A stretch of DNA of 64,000 bases. Origin: Burkholderiaceae bacterium. Lineage in GTDB: Bacteria > Pseudomonadota > Gammaproteobacteria > Burkholderiales > Burkholderiaceae_F. Position 1 is the stretch's first letter. The number at the start of each line of letters is the position of its first letter. Position numbers and translations under genes: made by a program. The notes beneath the pieces are model-generated. The model was not told where the DNA came from and did no database searches. It saw only the letters and a list, made by a program, of their open reading frames with translations. The stretch spans positions 5,832 through 69,831 of the forward strand of contig JBDUCU010000002.1 in the NCBI GenBank assembly GCA_040003315.1, given 5' to 3'. Shown here one piece after another: positions 21,642 to 32,278 of this stretch.

Positions 21642-23213
21642 CTACATGTAGCCTTCGGGCGCAAACGGCCCGAGAAACTGCACGGTGGCGCGGCGCCAGA
21701 AGCTTGCGGGTTCGCTGCGCAGCACCGTCACATCCGTGGGGTCTACCGACAGCCACGCGAGTCCTTCACTGTCGAGCTGCATGCGCCACACCCGGTCGCT
21801 CGAGGTCAGCTGTTCGAACGCACGCGTAACCTGCGTTGCAAGTTCGGGACTGTCGACCAGGATGCCGAGCTCGCTGTTGTACCAAGCCGAGCGCGGATCG
21901 AAATTCATCGAACCGATCATCACAATGCGCTGGTCGATGACGAATGCTTTCGCGTGCAAACTGGCTTCACTGCCGGGGGTAAGCGAGCGCGTCGACACGC
22001 GTCCGCCAATATCGGGGGGTGCGGTCGGCTTCAGCTCGTAGAGTTGGATACCGTTCCGCAGCAGCGTTGGCCGATACTTCGCGTAGCCAGCGTGCACCAG
22101 CGGAACGTCGGTCGCCGCCAATGAATTCGTCAGCGCGCGCACCCTGACTCCACGGTCCACGAGCTCCTTGAGCAAAGCCGTGCCGCTTTCGCCCGGAACC
22201 AGATAGGGAGAGACAAGCAACAGTGAGCTTTTTGCCGCGCGCAATCGCTGCAAGACTTCGGTCAGAACGAAACTCTCGACCTCGGGCGACTTGTCGGCGT
22301 CGAACTTCGATACCGGATCGACGACGGCGTGCGCTGCGGTCCATACCATCGCGCGGCGTCCTGCCAGCACGTCACCCAATGGATCGCTTTTCGCAACCGC
22401 TGTGCCGTACGACGATGCCTTAATCTGCTGGATTCGCTGCGAAAACTCCGCCAGTCGAGCGGTTACGGCTTCGCTCCCGCTCGCGCGGTCGAGCGGAGTC
22501 ACCGGCAAAGCCCACTCGCTATTCCAGTATCGATCGAAGCCGCGCGAAATCTCCCGCGTCACCGATCCGAATGTCATCACATCAAGATCGGCAAACAGTG
22601 TTTCACTCGGGCCGTTGAAGTACTTGTTACCCAGATTGCGGCCGCCGATGATGCCGCCGACGTTGTCAGCGATCCACGCCTTGTTGTGCATGCGGCGATT
22701 AAGTCGCTCGCCGTCTGCGATGAACTCGAACAGGCGTGTCAGGCCAAAACGGCGGCCCGCGAACGGGTTGAACACGCGCACTTCGATGCCCGGAACGGAC
22801 GCCAGCAGCGCGAGGTCGAATTCCTGGCCGGTGGTGTGCAGATCATCGATTAGCAGTCGAACCCGGATGCCGCGCCGCGCGGCGTCGACCAATTCGCCGA
22901 GTAGCAGCGATCCGCTTTCGTCGACGAAGATGGCGTAATACTGCACGTCGAGTGTGCGCGTCGCCTGTCGAGCCAACCCGGCGCGCGCTGAAAAGGCTTC
23001 GACGCCTTGTCCAAGCAGAAACAAACCCGATTGACCCGTCGCTGGGCGCTTCGCCGCGAGCTGCTTTGCGAGCGGTGTTGCTTCGGGAGTCGCGAAGGAA
23101 TACGAAGGAGTGGGCGGTTCTTGTGGGGTGGGAAGGGTGGTGCAGCCGGTCGTCACAGCGGCCAACACTCCCAATAACCAGCAAACTGCTCTTGCAGGCA
23201 CGGAATTTTTCAT
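21642..23213 (-). CDS. Phospholipase D family lipoprotein (two HKD motifs)
   Basis: Lipobox LAAVTTGC. HKD motifs RMHNKAWIADNVGGIIGGRNLG and LHAKAFVIDQRIVMIGSMNFDPRS. Confidence 0.85.
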   Translation of the reverse strand: MKNSVPARAVCWLLGVLAAVTTGCTTLPTPQEPPTPSYSFATPEATPLAKQLAAKRPATGQSGLFLLGQGVEAFSARAGLARQATRTLDVQYYAIFVDESGSLLLGELVDAARRGIRVRLLIDDLHTTGQEFDLALLASVPGIEVRVFNPFAGRRFGLTRLFEFIADGERLNRRMHNKAWIADNVGGIIGGRNLGNKYFNGPSETLFADLDVMTFGSVTREISRGFDRYWNSEWALPVTPLDRASGSEAVTARLAEFSQRIQQIKASSYGTAVAKSDPLGDVLAGRRAMVWTAAHAVVDPVSKFDADKSPEVESFVLTEVLQRLRAAKSSLLLVSPYLVPGESGTALLKELVDRGVRVRALTNSLAATDVPLVHAGYAKYRPTLLRNGIQLYELKPTAPPDIGGRVSTRSLTPGSEASLHAKAFVIDQRIVMIGSMNFDPRSAWYNSELGILVDSPELATQVTRAFEQLTSSDRVWRMQLDSEGLAWLSVDPTDVTVLRSEPASFWRRATVQFLGPFAPEGYM

Positions 23214-23324
23214 GTCGGCAGTATCAGTCCGCTAGGCGGGCCGTAGCGCCCTTGATTGCAACGAAGACACCCGCTATTCCGAGGACTGCTGTGCGCAAAC
23301 TTGGTGAAGCGGTTCTCCGGCGAA

Positions 23325-24176
23325 TCAGTTAACTTTCAGCGCTATGACACCCAGCATGACGGCTGCGACGCCCGCCCACCGGCGCAGGCTCAGCTTTTCT
23401 TTAAGCATGTAGGTACCGATCAGGGTCGCGAAGAGCACGGAAGTCTCGCGCAGCGATGCAACCAGTGCGACCGGCGCCTTGGTCATCGCCCACACCGATA
23501 TCGCATAGGCGGCGGCCGATAGCGCGCCGCCGATCAATCCGTGCCAGCGACGCTCGCCCAATGCGGCAACGAACGCCCGCCGCCTTGTCGCCAGCATGTA
23601 GATCGAGAACGGAACGGCGTCGAGTACGAATAACCACGCGACGTACGCCCACGGATCGCCGGCAAGGCGTGCACCGGTACCGTCGGTGATCGTGTAAGCG
23701 GCGATCACGACAGCGTTGGCAAGCGCAAAGCCCACCGCCTGCGAGTGACCCCGGAGCACCGGCCCAACGCCGGCGGGTCGCAGCGCAAGCGCGATAACCC
23801 CCGCTGAAATCATCAGCATGCCGACCCAGCTCAACGGCCCAGGAAGTTCGCTCAGCCAGAGCACGCCGAGCACTGCAGTGATCAGCGGAGCCACCCCGCG
23901 CATCAGCGGATACACGAGCGACAGTTCGCCCGTTCGATAGGCATTGATCATCAGAAAGTAATACGCACCGTGAATTGCGATCGACGCGCTGATGTAAGGC
24001 CAGCTCGCGGCTGCCGGAAGTGGAACGATGAACAGAATCGGCACCGTTATCGCGCCGGCGAAGGTAACGATGGTCGCGGTATCGAGCAGCACGTCACTGC
24101 CGCCCTTGATCATCGCGTTCCAGGATGCGTGCAGCAGGGCGGCCAGCAGCACCGCAAGCGTGATTTCAAGGCTCAC
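23325..24176 (-). CDS. EamA/DMT family transporter
   Basis: 283 aa, about 10 TM helices in two EamA-like halves. Confidence 0.78.
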   Translation of the reverse strand: MSLEITLAVLLAALLHASWNAMIKGGSDVLLDTATIVTFAGAITVPILFIVPLPAAASWPYISASIAIHGAYYFLMINAYRTGELSLVYPLMRGVAPLITAVLGVLWLSELPGPLSWVGMLMISAGVIALALRPAGVGPVLRGHSQAVGFALANAVVIAAYTITDGTGARLAGDPWAYVAWLFVLDAVPFSIYMLATRRRAFVAALGERRWHGLIGGALSAAAYAISVWAMTKAPVALVASLRETSVLFATLIGTYMLKEKLSLRRWAGVAAVMLGVIALKVN

Positions 24177-24213
24177 GGCTCAAAGCCCGCTGCTGAAAAA
24201 TCGGGAGCAACAC

Positions 24214-25332
24214 TCAAAGCGGCAGCACTGCGTCGGCTGGGGTGTACGGCAGCCCGAGTGCCTTGGCGACGGCCTTGTGAGTGACTTTGCCGGGCGCAAT
24301 GTTCAGTCCGTCTTTCAAGTAACGATTGTCGGTCAGCGCGCGACGCCAACCTTTGTCGGCGAGCTGCAGCGCGAAGGTCAGGGTCGCATTGTTGAGCGCG
24401 TAGGTCGATGTGCGGGGCACTGCTCCCGGCATGTTGGCGACCATGTAGTGCACGACGCCGTCGATTACATACGTCGGATCGGCATGCGTAGTCGGGCGCG
24501 ACGTTTCGCAACTGCCGCCCTGATCGATCGCGACATCGACAATCACGGAGCCACGCTTCATGTGCGGCAGCATTGCTCGAGTCACCAGCTTCGGTGCCTC
24601 GGCGCCCGGGATCAATACACCGGAGATGACCAGATCGGCGCGCAGAATCTCGCGTTCCACGTTGTCCCGATTGGAAAACACCGTCTTCACTCTTGCGCCG
24701 AGCATCGCATCGATGCGGCGCAAAGCATCGATCGACATGTCAATGACGATTACTTCGGCGCCGGTGCCCACCGCCATCTGCGCAGCATTCGTACCCACCA
24801 TGCCGGCGCCGAGAATCACGATGCGCCCCGGGGCAACGCCGGCGACACCGCCCAGCAGCATTCCCATTCCGCCGGCCGATTTTTCCAGGCAGCGCGCGCC
24901 GGCCTGCACCGCCAATCGGCCCGCGACTTCCGACATCGGCGCGAGCAGCGGCAGGCCGCCGGTCGGCGAAGTCACGGTCTCGTATGCGATGCAGATCGCA
25001 CCGCTTTTGATCAGGTCGGCGGCCTGCTCGGGATCGGGCGCGAGATGCAGATAGGTAAACAGAACCTGACCTTCGCACAGCATCGCCCGCTCGATCGCCT
25101 GCGGTTCCTTGACCTTGACGATCAGCTCGGCACGCTTGAACACTTCTTCGGCGCTGCCGGCAATCTCGGCGCCGGCGCGCCGAAAGTCGTCGTCGCTGGC
25201 ACCGATGCCTTGACCGGCATCGGTCTGCACCAGCACCGTGTGCCCGTGCATCTTCATCTCGCGCACCGACGACGGCGTGAGGCCGACGCGATACTCGTGC
25301 ACCTTTATTTCTTTTGGGACGCCGACCAACAT
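24214..25332 (-). CDS. ald: Alanine dehydrogenase
   Basis: MLVGVPKEIKVHEYRVGLTP N-terminus, NAD site ILGAGMVGTNAA, 372 aa. Confidence 0.93.
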   Translation of the reverse strand: MLVGVPKEIKVHEYRVGLTPSSVREMKMHGHTVLVQTDAGQGIGASDDDFRRAGAEIAGSAEEVFKRAELIVKVKEPQAIERAMLCEGQVLFTYLHLAPDPEQAADLIKSGAICIAYETVTSPTGGLPLLAPMSEVAGRLAVQAGARCLEKSAGGMGMLLGGVAGVAPGRIVILGAGMVGTNAAQMAVGTGAEVIVIDMSIDALRRIDAMLGARVKTVFSNRDNVEREILRADLVISGVLIPGAEAPKLVTRAMLPHMKRGSVIVDVAIDQGGSCETSRPTTHADPTYVIDGVVHYMVANMPGAVPRTSTYALNNATLTFALQLADKGWRRALTDNRYLKDGLNIAPGKVTHKAVAKALGLPYTPADAVLPL

Positions 25333-25340
25333 GGGTTCTC

Positions 25341-27869
25341 CTAGCTTCTTACCCGCGCTGAATCCGCATCGTAAGGGGCATTCAAACTGACTTCGGCGGG
25401 ATAACGATCGCCAGCCAGATCGATCTCGTACCGGCCGGTTTCAATCCACGCGCGATCTGCAGGGCCATCGTTACGCGCCACCAGGCCAAGCGCGACCGGC
25501 TTGCCGATCGTATAGCCAAAAGCGGCTGAGGTGATCGACCCGACGGGCTCGGAGTTGCGCAAGATCAGCTCGTTACCCCACAGGTTCGTATGGGGAGCAT
25601 CGACCACAAGCGACACGATGCGACGCTTTACGCTTGACGCGCCGCCTGCGTTGGCGATGGCGATCAATGCATCGCGTCCGCGGAAGTCGGGCTTGCCAAG
25701 CTTCACCGCGAACGACAGCCCCGCTTCATAAGGGTGAATCTCGGGCGTCAGCTCGCGACCCCATGCGCGGTAGCCTTTTTCGAGACGCAGCGAATCAATT
25801 GCGTAATAACCTGCGTTAGCGACACCGAGGTCTTCGCCCGCTTCTGTCAGTGCTTGATAAACGCCGACCGCGAACTCGACGGGCACGTAAAGCTCCCAAC
25901 CGAGCTCGCCCACATAGGTCAACCGCGTCGCGCGCACTGTCGCGTAGCCAAGATCGATCTCACGCGAGGTTCCGAACGGAAATGCCTGCGATGAAAAGTC
26001 GGCGGTGGATACCCGCTGCAGCAACGCACGCGATTGCGGGCCCATCACCGCAATCACGCAATACATCGCCGTGATATCGACGACTGCGCAATTCAAGCCG
26101 GGCATGGCTGAAATCGCTCGCTCGATCATGTCGCGATCGCGCACCGCTTGCGCGCTGCCGGTAACAATCATGTACTCGCCGCGGTCGAGCATGGTGATGG
26201 TGAAATCGCTTTCGTATCCGCCGCGCGCGTTCAGCATGCCGGTGTAGACGGTGCCGCCCGGCTCTGCCGGCGGGTCGTTGGCAACCAGCAGCGCCAGCGC
26301 GTCGCGCGCGTCGCTTCCGGTGATCAGCAATTTCGCGAAGGAGCTCATGTCGAAAATGGCAACCCGCTCGCGGCACGCGCGATGCTCCGCAGCCACCCAC
26401 GGGTGCCAGTTTTGATGGCCCCATGAATACAGAATGTTTGCCTCCTTGATCGATGGCGCAAAGAAATTGGGCCGCTCCCATCCCATCTTCGAACCGAAGC
26501 ACGCGCCTGCCTCACGCAGTAGTGGATACAGCGGCGAGCGGCGGAACGGCCGCGCGCTTTCGAGCTCGCGATTCGGCCACGGCATCTTGTAATGCATGCC
26601 GAGCACTTCGCTGATGCGATCGGGCAGCCAGTTTTCGTTCGCGTTGAAACGTCCGAATCGGCGGATGTCGACCGGCCAGAGATCCATCGTCGGCTCGCCC
26701 TGCACGATCCACTCGGCCAGTGCTTTACCCGCACCTCCGGCCGAAGCAATGCCGGTGGAGTTAAAGCCGCAACCGACATAAAAATTCTCGAAGCCCGGGG
26801 CTGGCCCGACGATGAAGTTGTTATCTGCGGTGAACGACTCGGGTCCGTTATAGAACTGCTTGACCTGCGCGGTTTCAAGCGCGGGCACCCGGATCATGGC
26901 GTTGTCGAGCAGAATTTGAAACGCGTCCCAATTGTCGGGCAGCAATTGAAATTCAAAATTCTCGGGTATGCCGCCGCGGTGGCGTGCACTCTGCATCCAC
27001 GGGGTCGCGTTGGGCTCAAAGCCGCCCATCAGTAATCCGCCCACTTCCTCCTTGAAGTAGACGTAGCCGTCCGGGTCGCGCAGCACCGGCAGGTCGCGAT
27101 GCACTCCTTCGATGCGATCGGTGACGATGTAGTAGTGCTCACACGAAAACAGTGGTACCGCGACGTCGGCCAGACTCGCGAGCTGGCGCGACCATTGACC
27201 TGCGCAGAGCACGACGATGTCGGCACCGATCGAACCCTCGTCGCCTGCCTTGTTGCGCCACGTCAGCGACGAGATCTGCTTCAGGCGATTGTTGCGGGTA
27301 GTCGTGACGCCTTCGACGCGCACGTTCTCAAAAATCTGCACGCCACGATTGCGCGCGCCCTTTGCGAGGGCGATCGTGAGGTCGGTCGGGTTAGCCTTGC
27401 CGTCTCCGGGCAACCACACGGCACCGTGCAGGTCGTCGGTTGCCATGATCGGATACCGCGTGCCTGCCTGCGCAGCCGAAATAACTTCGCACGCGACGCC
27501 TTGCGCGCGCGCGACCGCGGCAGTGCGCTTCAGTTGAATCATGCGGTCGACGGTGCGCGCAACCGCGAGCGAGCCGCATTGTTTCCAACCTGTACCGAGG
27601 CCGGTTTCCTGCTCCAACCCTGAATACAACTCGGTCGAGTATCGAATGAGCCGCGTCATGCTTTCATGGGCGCGCAGCTGTCCCACCAGGCCGGCGGCGT
27701 GCCATGTCGTGCCCGACGTCAGCCGCCCTTGCTCAAGCAACACAACATCTTTCTCGCCGAGCGCGGTCAAGTGATAGGCGACCGAGCACCCCATGATTCC
27801 GCCGCCGACAATCACGATGCGTGCAGCGTCCGGCGGGCGTGACGAGCCGAGCAGGGTCTCGGCGATCAA
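25341..27869 (-). CDS. FAD-dependent oxidoreductase fused to a GcvT-type aminomethyltransferase domain (dimethylglycine/sarcosine dehydrogenase-like)
   Basis: IVIVGGGIMGCSVAYHL FAD fold, a DAO domain, and a C-terminal GcvT-like folate-binding domain (842 aa). The TTG start overlaps the upstream stop (TTGA). Confidence 0.85.
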   Translation of the reverse strand: MIAETLLGSSRPPDAARIVIVGGGIMGCSVAYHLTALGEKDVVLLEQGRLTSGTTWHAAGLVGQLRAHESMTRLIRYSTELYSGLEQETGLGTGWKQCGSLAVARTVDRMIQLKRTAAVARAQGVACEVISAAQAGTRYPIMATDDLHGAVWLPGDGKANPTDLTIALAKGARNRGVQIFENVRVEGVTTTRNNRLKQISSLTWRNKAGDEGSIGADIVVLCAGQWSRQLASLADVAVPLFSCEHYYIVTDRIEGVHRDLPVLRDPDGYVYFKEEVGGLLMGGFEPNATPWMQSARHRGGIPENFEFQLLPDNWDAFQILLDNAMIRVPALETAQVKQFYNGPESFTADNNFIVGPAPGFENFYVGCGFNSTGIASAGGAGKALAEWIVQGEPTMDLWPVDIRRFGRFNANENWLPDRISEVLGMHYKMPWPNRELESARPFRRSPLYPLLREAGACFGSKMGWERPNFFAPSIKEANILYSWGHQNWHPWVAAEHRACRERVAIFDMSSFAKLLITGSDARDALALLVANDPPAEPGGTVYTGMLNARGGYESDFTITMLDRGEYMIVTGSAQAVRDRDMIERAISAMPGLNCAVVDITAMYCVIAVMGPQSRALLQRVSTADFSSQAFPFGTSREIDLGYATVRATRLTYVGELGWELYVPVEFAVGVYQALTEAGEDLGVANAGYYAIDSLRLEKGYRAWGRELTPEIHPYEAGLSFAVKLGKPDFRGRDALIAIANAGGASSVKRRIVSLVVDAPHTNLWGNELILRNSEPVGSITSAAFGYTIGKPVALGLVARNDGPADRAWIETGRYEIDLAGDRYPAEVSLNAPYDADSARVRS

Positions 27870-28561
27870 GACGCGCTGTCCTCGATTCGGAATCGTTGCC
27901 TGAATTCCCGCTCACCGGCCGATGAGAAAGCGACAACGCGAGAGTTTCTTACGCGGCGCGCCCAACCAAGCTCCCGACATCGATTCAATAGAGCCGCACC
28001 GGCTGCACCGGCCAAATGATGACGGCGCACGCTCCAGTCGAGGCAGGCGTGCGACAGGCCACGGCGCTCTTCAGATAGCGCCTGGATATCGATTCCGAGT
28101 TCACCGAAGAATCGCTTCCCGGCGGGCGTGATCGTCACTGCTTTCGCACTCCGTCGCAGGTAGCGGCTCTGCTCGAGACTGTCAAATGCGAGCACTCCCA
28201 ACTCACCCGCCAGGTGGTCGTAGCACATGCGTGCCTTTCGCAGAGCGGGCTCGCGCGGGCTCGATCGCACTCGCACGGCGCCGGTACGGTATGCCACCCC
28301 CATCAGGCTTTCGATCAGCTCGGCCACGTCACGGTCCGCAAGTCGAAAGTAGCGGTGCCGTCCCTGGCTTTCGACGTCGATCAATCGTGCGTCAAGCAAC
28401 TTGGCAAGGTGGGAGCTAATCGTCTGCTTGGTCAGATTAGCGACGCCGGCGAGTTCGGTTGCGGTCAGCGCTTCACCGGACATCAGCGCAGTCAGAATTT
28501 CAGCGCGCGCGTGATCGCCTATAAGCGCAGCGATTCTGACAATGCTTGGCCCGTCTTTCAC
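27866..28561 (-). CDS. ArsR-type winged-helix transcriptional regulator with C-terminal extension
   Basis: [52 protein letters not shown] is an ArsR/SmtB-type HTH. Confidence 0.7.
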   Translation of the reverse strand: MKDGPSIVRIAALIGDHARAEILTALMSGEALTATELAGVANLTKQTISSHLAKLLDARLIDVESQGRHRYFRLADRDVAELIESLMGVAYRTGAVRVRSSPREPALRKARMCYDHLAGELGVLAFDSLEQSRYLRRSAKAVTITPAGKRFFGELGIDIQALSEERRGLSHACLDWSVRRHHLAGAAGAALLNRCRELGWARRVRNSRVVAFSSAGEREFRQRFRIEDSAS

Positions 28562-28632
28562 CGTTCGATCGTAGTCGAACCATTGGCGTTCGACAAGGCG
28601 CTATTGTCGGCTTTGCAAACAGGCGAAATCTG

Positions 28633-28977
28633 ATGATCACCTGCTTCATTCGCTACGAGATCGACCCGTTTCAGCGCGACGCTTTCAAGGACTACGCGAA
28701 CAATTGGGCGCGCATCATTCCGCGCTGCGGCGGCGACCTCGTCGGCTATTTTCTGCCGCACGAAGGAACGAACAACATTGCGTGGGGATTGATCGAATTC
28801 GACAGTCTGGCCGCGTACGAGTTGTACCGGGCACGTCTGAAGGCAGACGCGGAAAGTCGCGCGAACTTCGCCTTCGCGCAGGACAAACGCCTGATCCTGC
28901 GCGAAGAGCGAACCTTCCTCGAAACGGTCGATAGCACGTTGCGCGGCGTAGCTGCGCGCCCCGCGCGGGCAACATGA
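28633..28977 (+). CDS. NIPSNAP family protein
   Basis: Start taken at ATG 28633 ([25 protein letters not shown]...). About 114 aa dimeric alpha-beta barrel-type sequence. The longer track ORF overlaps the divergent regulator. Confidence 0.65.
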   Translation: MITCFIRYEIDPFQRDAFKDYANNWARIIPRCGGDLVGYFLPHEGTNNIAWGLIEFDSLAAYELYRARLKADAESRANFAFAQDKRLILREERTFLETVDSTLRGVAARPARAT

Positions 28978-30345
28978 TCACGCGCTCTTCAGATGCCACG
29001 CTTTCGGGCGCGTGAATGTTTCGATGCCGTAAGTGGACAGAGTCAGCCCGACTCCTGAATGTCCGACGCCGCTCCACGGCAGGCGCGGACTGACCCTGTC
29101 GCAGCAGTTCAGGTACACGGTTCCGGCGCGCAGTTGCACGAGCAGTCGTTGCGCCGATTGCTCGTCTCGCGTGTACAGACCGGCGGTCAAACCGTATTCG
29201 CTATCGTTCATCAGCCGTAACGCCTCGGTATCGTCGGCCACTTTCTGAATTCCGATGATCGGACCGAAGCTTTCTTCTCGCATCACTTCCATCGAGTGGT
29301 CGACGTTTACCAGAACGGTAGGCTCAAACCAATTGCCCTCGCGCGCGATGCGAGCGCCGCCGATCAGCAGTCTGGCGCCCTTAGACACCGCGTCGGCCAC
29401 TTGCCGCTCAAGAACCTCGAGCTGCGGGCCGCGTGTCAATGGACCGATATAGGTGTCTTCAGCCGCGGGATCGCCGGCCTTGAAGCCTGACACCTCCCTC
29501 ACAAAAGCGTCGACAAACTGATCGTGGATCGACTGATGGACGTAGATACGCTCGACCGAACAGCAACTCTGGCCGGTGTTGTACATCGCACCATCAGCCA
29601 GCGATGCTGCGGCGCTGGCGACGTCGACATCTTCACGAACATAGACCGGATCCTTGCCACCGAGTTCGAGTTGCAGCTTCATCATCCTCGGACCCATCTC
29701 GCGGGCGATTCGTTGTCCAGTGGCGTAGGAGCCGGTGAAAAACACGCCGTCGATGGGCTGTCTGATCAACTCGGCGCCGACTGCGCCGCCGCCCGCGATG
29801 ACACTGAATATCGAAGCCGGTACGCCGGCTCGATGCACCAACTTGCCAATCTCGATTCCCGTCAGCGTCGCAAACTCTGACGGCTTGTACAGCACCGCAT
29901 TGCCGGTTAGCAGCGCTGGCACGAACACGTTGCCGCCCACGAAGTAAGGATAGTTCCATGCAGAGATGTTGGCGATCACACCGAGCGGCTCGTGCGAAAT
30001 CCGCTCGCGCACCCCGCCTTCGTCATGCACGCCACGCGGCGTTATCACCGCCTCGGTTTCTTTGAGAAAGAAATCGATCCGGGCGGGCAAGCCGCTGATC
30101 TCGTTTCTCGCCTGCCGGATCGGCTTGCCGGTTTCAGACGTCAAGATGGCTGAGAGCCGCTCGACGTCGCTCACCAACGCGTCGCGAAAACGTACCAACA
30201 CGGCGGCGCGGGTCGCCAATGGAGTTGCAGCCCACGCCGGTTGCGCGGCGCGCGCGGCCTGGTATTTGGCTGCGATTGACTCGGAGTCGTCTTCACGCAG
30301 CTCAGCAATCGTCGACCCGGTCGCAGGATTTCGAACCGTCAGCAT
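28978..30345 (-). CDS. NAD(P)-dependent aldehyde dehydrogenase
   Basis: ALDH motifs LQLELGGKDP and TGQSCCSVERIYV. ATG 30345 follows the upstream stop by 1 nt. Confidence 0.88.
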   Translation of the reverse strand: MLTVRNPATGSTIAELREDDSESIAAKYQAARAAQPAWAATPLATRAAVLVRFRDALVSDVERLSAILTSETGKPIRQARNEISGLPARIDFFLKETEAVITPRGVHDEGGVRERISHEPLGVIANISAWNYPYFVGGNVFVPALLTGNAVLYKPSEFATLTGIEIGKLVHRAGVPASIFSVIAGGGAVGAELIRQPIDGVFFTGSYATGQRIAREMGPRMMKLQLELGGKDPVYVREDVDVASAAASLADGAMYNTGQSCCSVERIYVHQSIHDQFVDAFVREVSGFKAGDPAAEDTYIGPLTRGPQLEVLERQVADAVSKGARLLIGGARIAREGNWFEPTVLVNVDHSMEVMREESFGPIIGIQKVADDTEALRLMNDSEYGLTAGLYTRDEQSAQRLLVQLRAGTVYLNCCDRVSPRLPWSGVGHSGVGLTLSTYGIETFTRPKAWHLKSA

Positions 30346-31136
30346 CCTTGCCCACCCGGGCCCGTTGCCTGTTTCACTGCAATGTCCAGAAAACCTTTCA
30401 AAATCGGATCGCCCGACAGCGTGTCGCTGCTTTTCCAATCGAGAAACTCAGGATGCCACTGGACTGCCGACAGATACGAGGCTCCGGTCCAGCGCATCGC
30501 TTCGACCACGCCGTCATCGGGCGAAATCGCTTCAACCGTGAAATCATCGGCGACTTCTTTGACTGCCTGATGGTGAACGCTGTTGACGCGGGCGCGAGTG
30601 ATGCTCGGGTACAGCGCCGCCAACTGTGTGCCCGCCACGAACTCGATCTCGTGGAAATTCTGATCGTACAAAGCCGCGTCGCGATGCGTCAGGCTGCCCG
30701 GTTGCTGCGTCGTTATGTCCTGATACAAAGTGCCGCCGAACGCGACGTTGATCACCTGCAAGCCCCTGCATACGCCGAGCACCGGCTTGCCGGCGTCGAT
30801 GAACGCTCGCATCAACGCGATCTCGTATTCATCGCGCACCCGATCGCCTTGCCATTCGGGCCTGAGGGGCTCCTCGCCGTAGCTGCCAGGCCAGACATCG
30901 GAGCCCCCGTGCAGAATCAGTCCATCCAGCCATGCGGCATATTCGGCCAGAGTGATGTCGCCTCGCCGCGTCTCGCCTTCGGGTGAAGGCACCATGACCG
31001 CCAGCGCACCGCCGGCGTGCACCCAATGCACGATCGATTGCTCGACGTATTGCAGTGTCTTACCAGTGAACACTGGGCGGTTCGGATCGGCATGCAGGAA
31101 GCACGCCGAAATGGCGATACGCGGTCGCGCCTTCAC
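30339..31136 (-). CDS. Gamma-glutamyl-GABA hydrolase-like class I glutamine amidotransferase (peptidase C26, PuuD-like)
   Basis: GVCRGLQVINVAFGG (nucleophile Cys) and VQWHPE (His). The GTG start at 31136 overlaps the upstream stop (ATGTGA). The N-terminal 111 aa of the track ORF are Arg-rich shadow. Confidence 0.8.
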   Translation of the reverse strand: MKARPRIAISACFLHADPNRPVFTGKTLQYVEQSIVHWVHAGGALAVMVPSPEGETRRGDITLAEYAAWLDGLILHGGSDVWPGSYGEEPLRPEWQGDRVRDEYEIALMRAFIDAGKPVLGVCRGLQVINVAFGGTLYQDITTQQPGSLTHRDAALYDQNFHEIEFVAGTQLAALYPSITRARVNSVHHQAVKEVADDFTVEAISPDDGVVEAMRWTGASYLSAVQWHPEFLDWKSSDTLSGDPILKGFLDIAVKQATGPGGQGC

Positions 31137-32266
31137 ATTGCCTGCTCGAAAAAGCGCGAGAAATCCGCCCGCGTCACAGGCCTCGGGTTGGTCTGATGGC
31201 AGATGTCCTTTTGCGCGATCTCGACCAGCGCTGCGATTTGATTTGCGTTTACACCGACCGCGGACAACGATGGCGCAATTCCGATCTCGCGTTTCAGTCG
31301 CATCAGCCACGGGACGAAGTCTTCCGCGGCGCCGGCGTTGGCCACCCGCGCCAGTTCGGCAAACTTCGGCCGCGCAACTTCGAAGTTGAATCTCATCACG
31401 GGCTCCAGCATCAGTGCGTTCGCCAGACCGTGATGCAGATCGCATACGGCGCCCAGGGCGTGAGCGCACGAGTGAACTGCGCCGAGGTCCTTTTGAAACG
31501 CAATCGCGCCCATCATCGACGCCATCATCATGTCGGCGCGTGCAGCCAGGTTGTGTCCGTCCCTGACAGCGGTCGACAATGCCCTCGCGGCGATCCGCAC
31601 ACCTTCAAGTGCGATTCCATCGCACAGCGGGTGAAACGCAGGCGACAGGTAGGACTCGATGTTATGCGTCAGCGCATCCATGCCAGTCGCTGCCGTGACG
31701 GCCGCGGGTAGATCGAGCGTCAGTTCAGGATCGGCAAACACGGCCCTCGCCAGTAATTTAGGCGAGAAAATGACCTGCTTGATGTGAGTCGTGTCGTCGC
31801 TGACGACGCTCGATCGACCCACTTCGGAGCCGGTGCCGCTGGTGGTTGGCACTGCAACGATGTAAGGCAACTCATTAACGATGGGCCGCACGTGCGGGTG
31901 ATCCCACGCATATTCGACGATGTCCCCATCATGGACGGCCATCAACGCGACCACTTTGGCGACGTCGAGCGCAGCACCGCCTCCGATGCCAATTACCGAG
32001 TCGGCCCGGTGCTCCAGAAACGCCGCACGCCCCTGCATGACCTGCGACGCGGTCGGGTTGCCGCGCACGCCGTCGTATACGTGCGCGTCGATCCCTGCAC
32101 CTAGAGCGGTTACGAAATCCTTCAGCACCGGCAGCGCTGCCAGCGCCCGGTCGGTGACGACGATCGGCCGCGCAAATCCGCGCTCGCGCAGATGCTCGGC
32201 GACGTGCTGGCTTGCGCCGGGTCCAAAATGAATTTCGGTCGGAAATGAAAACCGCGTGATGGTCAT
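31133..32266 (-). CDS. Iron-containing alcohol dehydrogenase
   Basis: 377 aa. GGGAALDVAKV and the His cluster HSCAHALGAVCDLHHG are typical of Fe-ADH. Confidence 0.88.
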   Translation of the reverse strand: MTITRFSFPTEIHFGPGASQHVAEHLRERGFARPIVVTDRALAALPVLKDFVTALGAGIDAHVYDGVRGNPTASQVMQGRAAFLEHRADSVIGIGGGAALDVAKVVALMAVHDGDIVEYAWDHPHVRPIVNELPYIVAVPTTSGTGSEVGRSSVVSDDTTHIKQVIFSPKLLARAVFADPELTLDLPAAVTAATGMDALTHNIESYLSPAFHPLCDGIALEGVRIAARALSTAVRDGHNLAARADMMMASMMGAIAFQKDLGAVHSCAHALGAVCDLHHGLANALMLEPVMRFNFEVARPKFAELARVANAGAAEDFVPWLMRLKREIGIAPSLSAVGVNANQIAALVEIAQKDICHQTNPRPVTRADFSRFFEQAM

Positions 32267-32278
32267 TGCAGTATCCGG

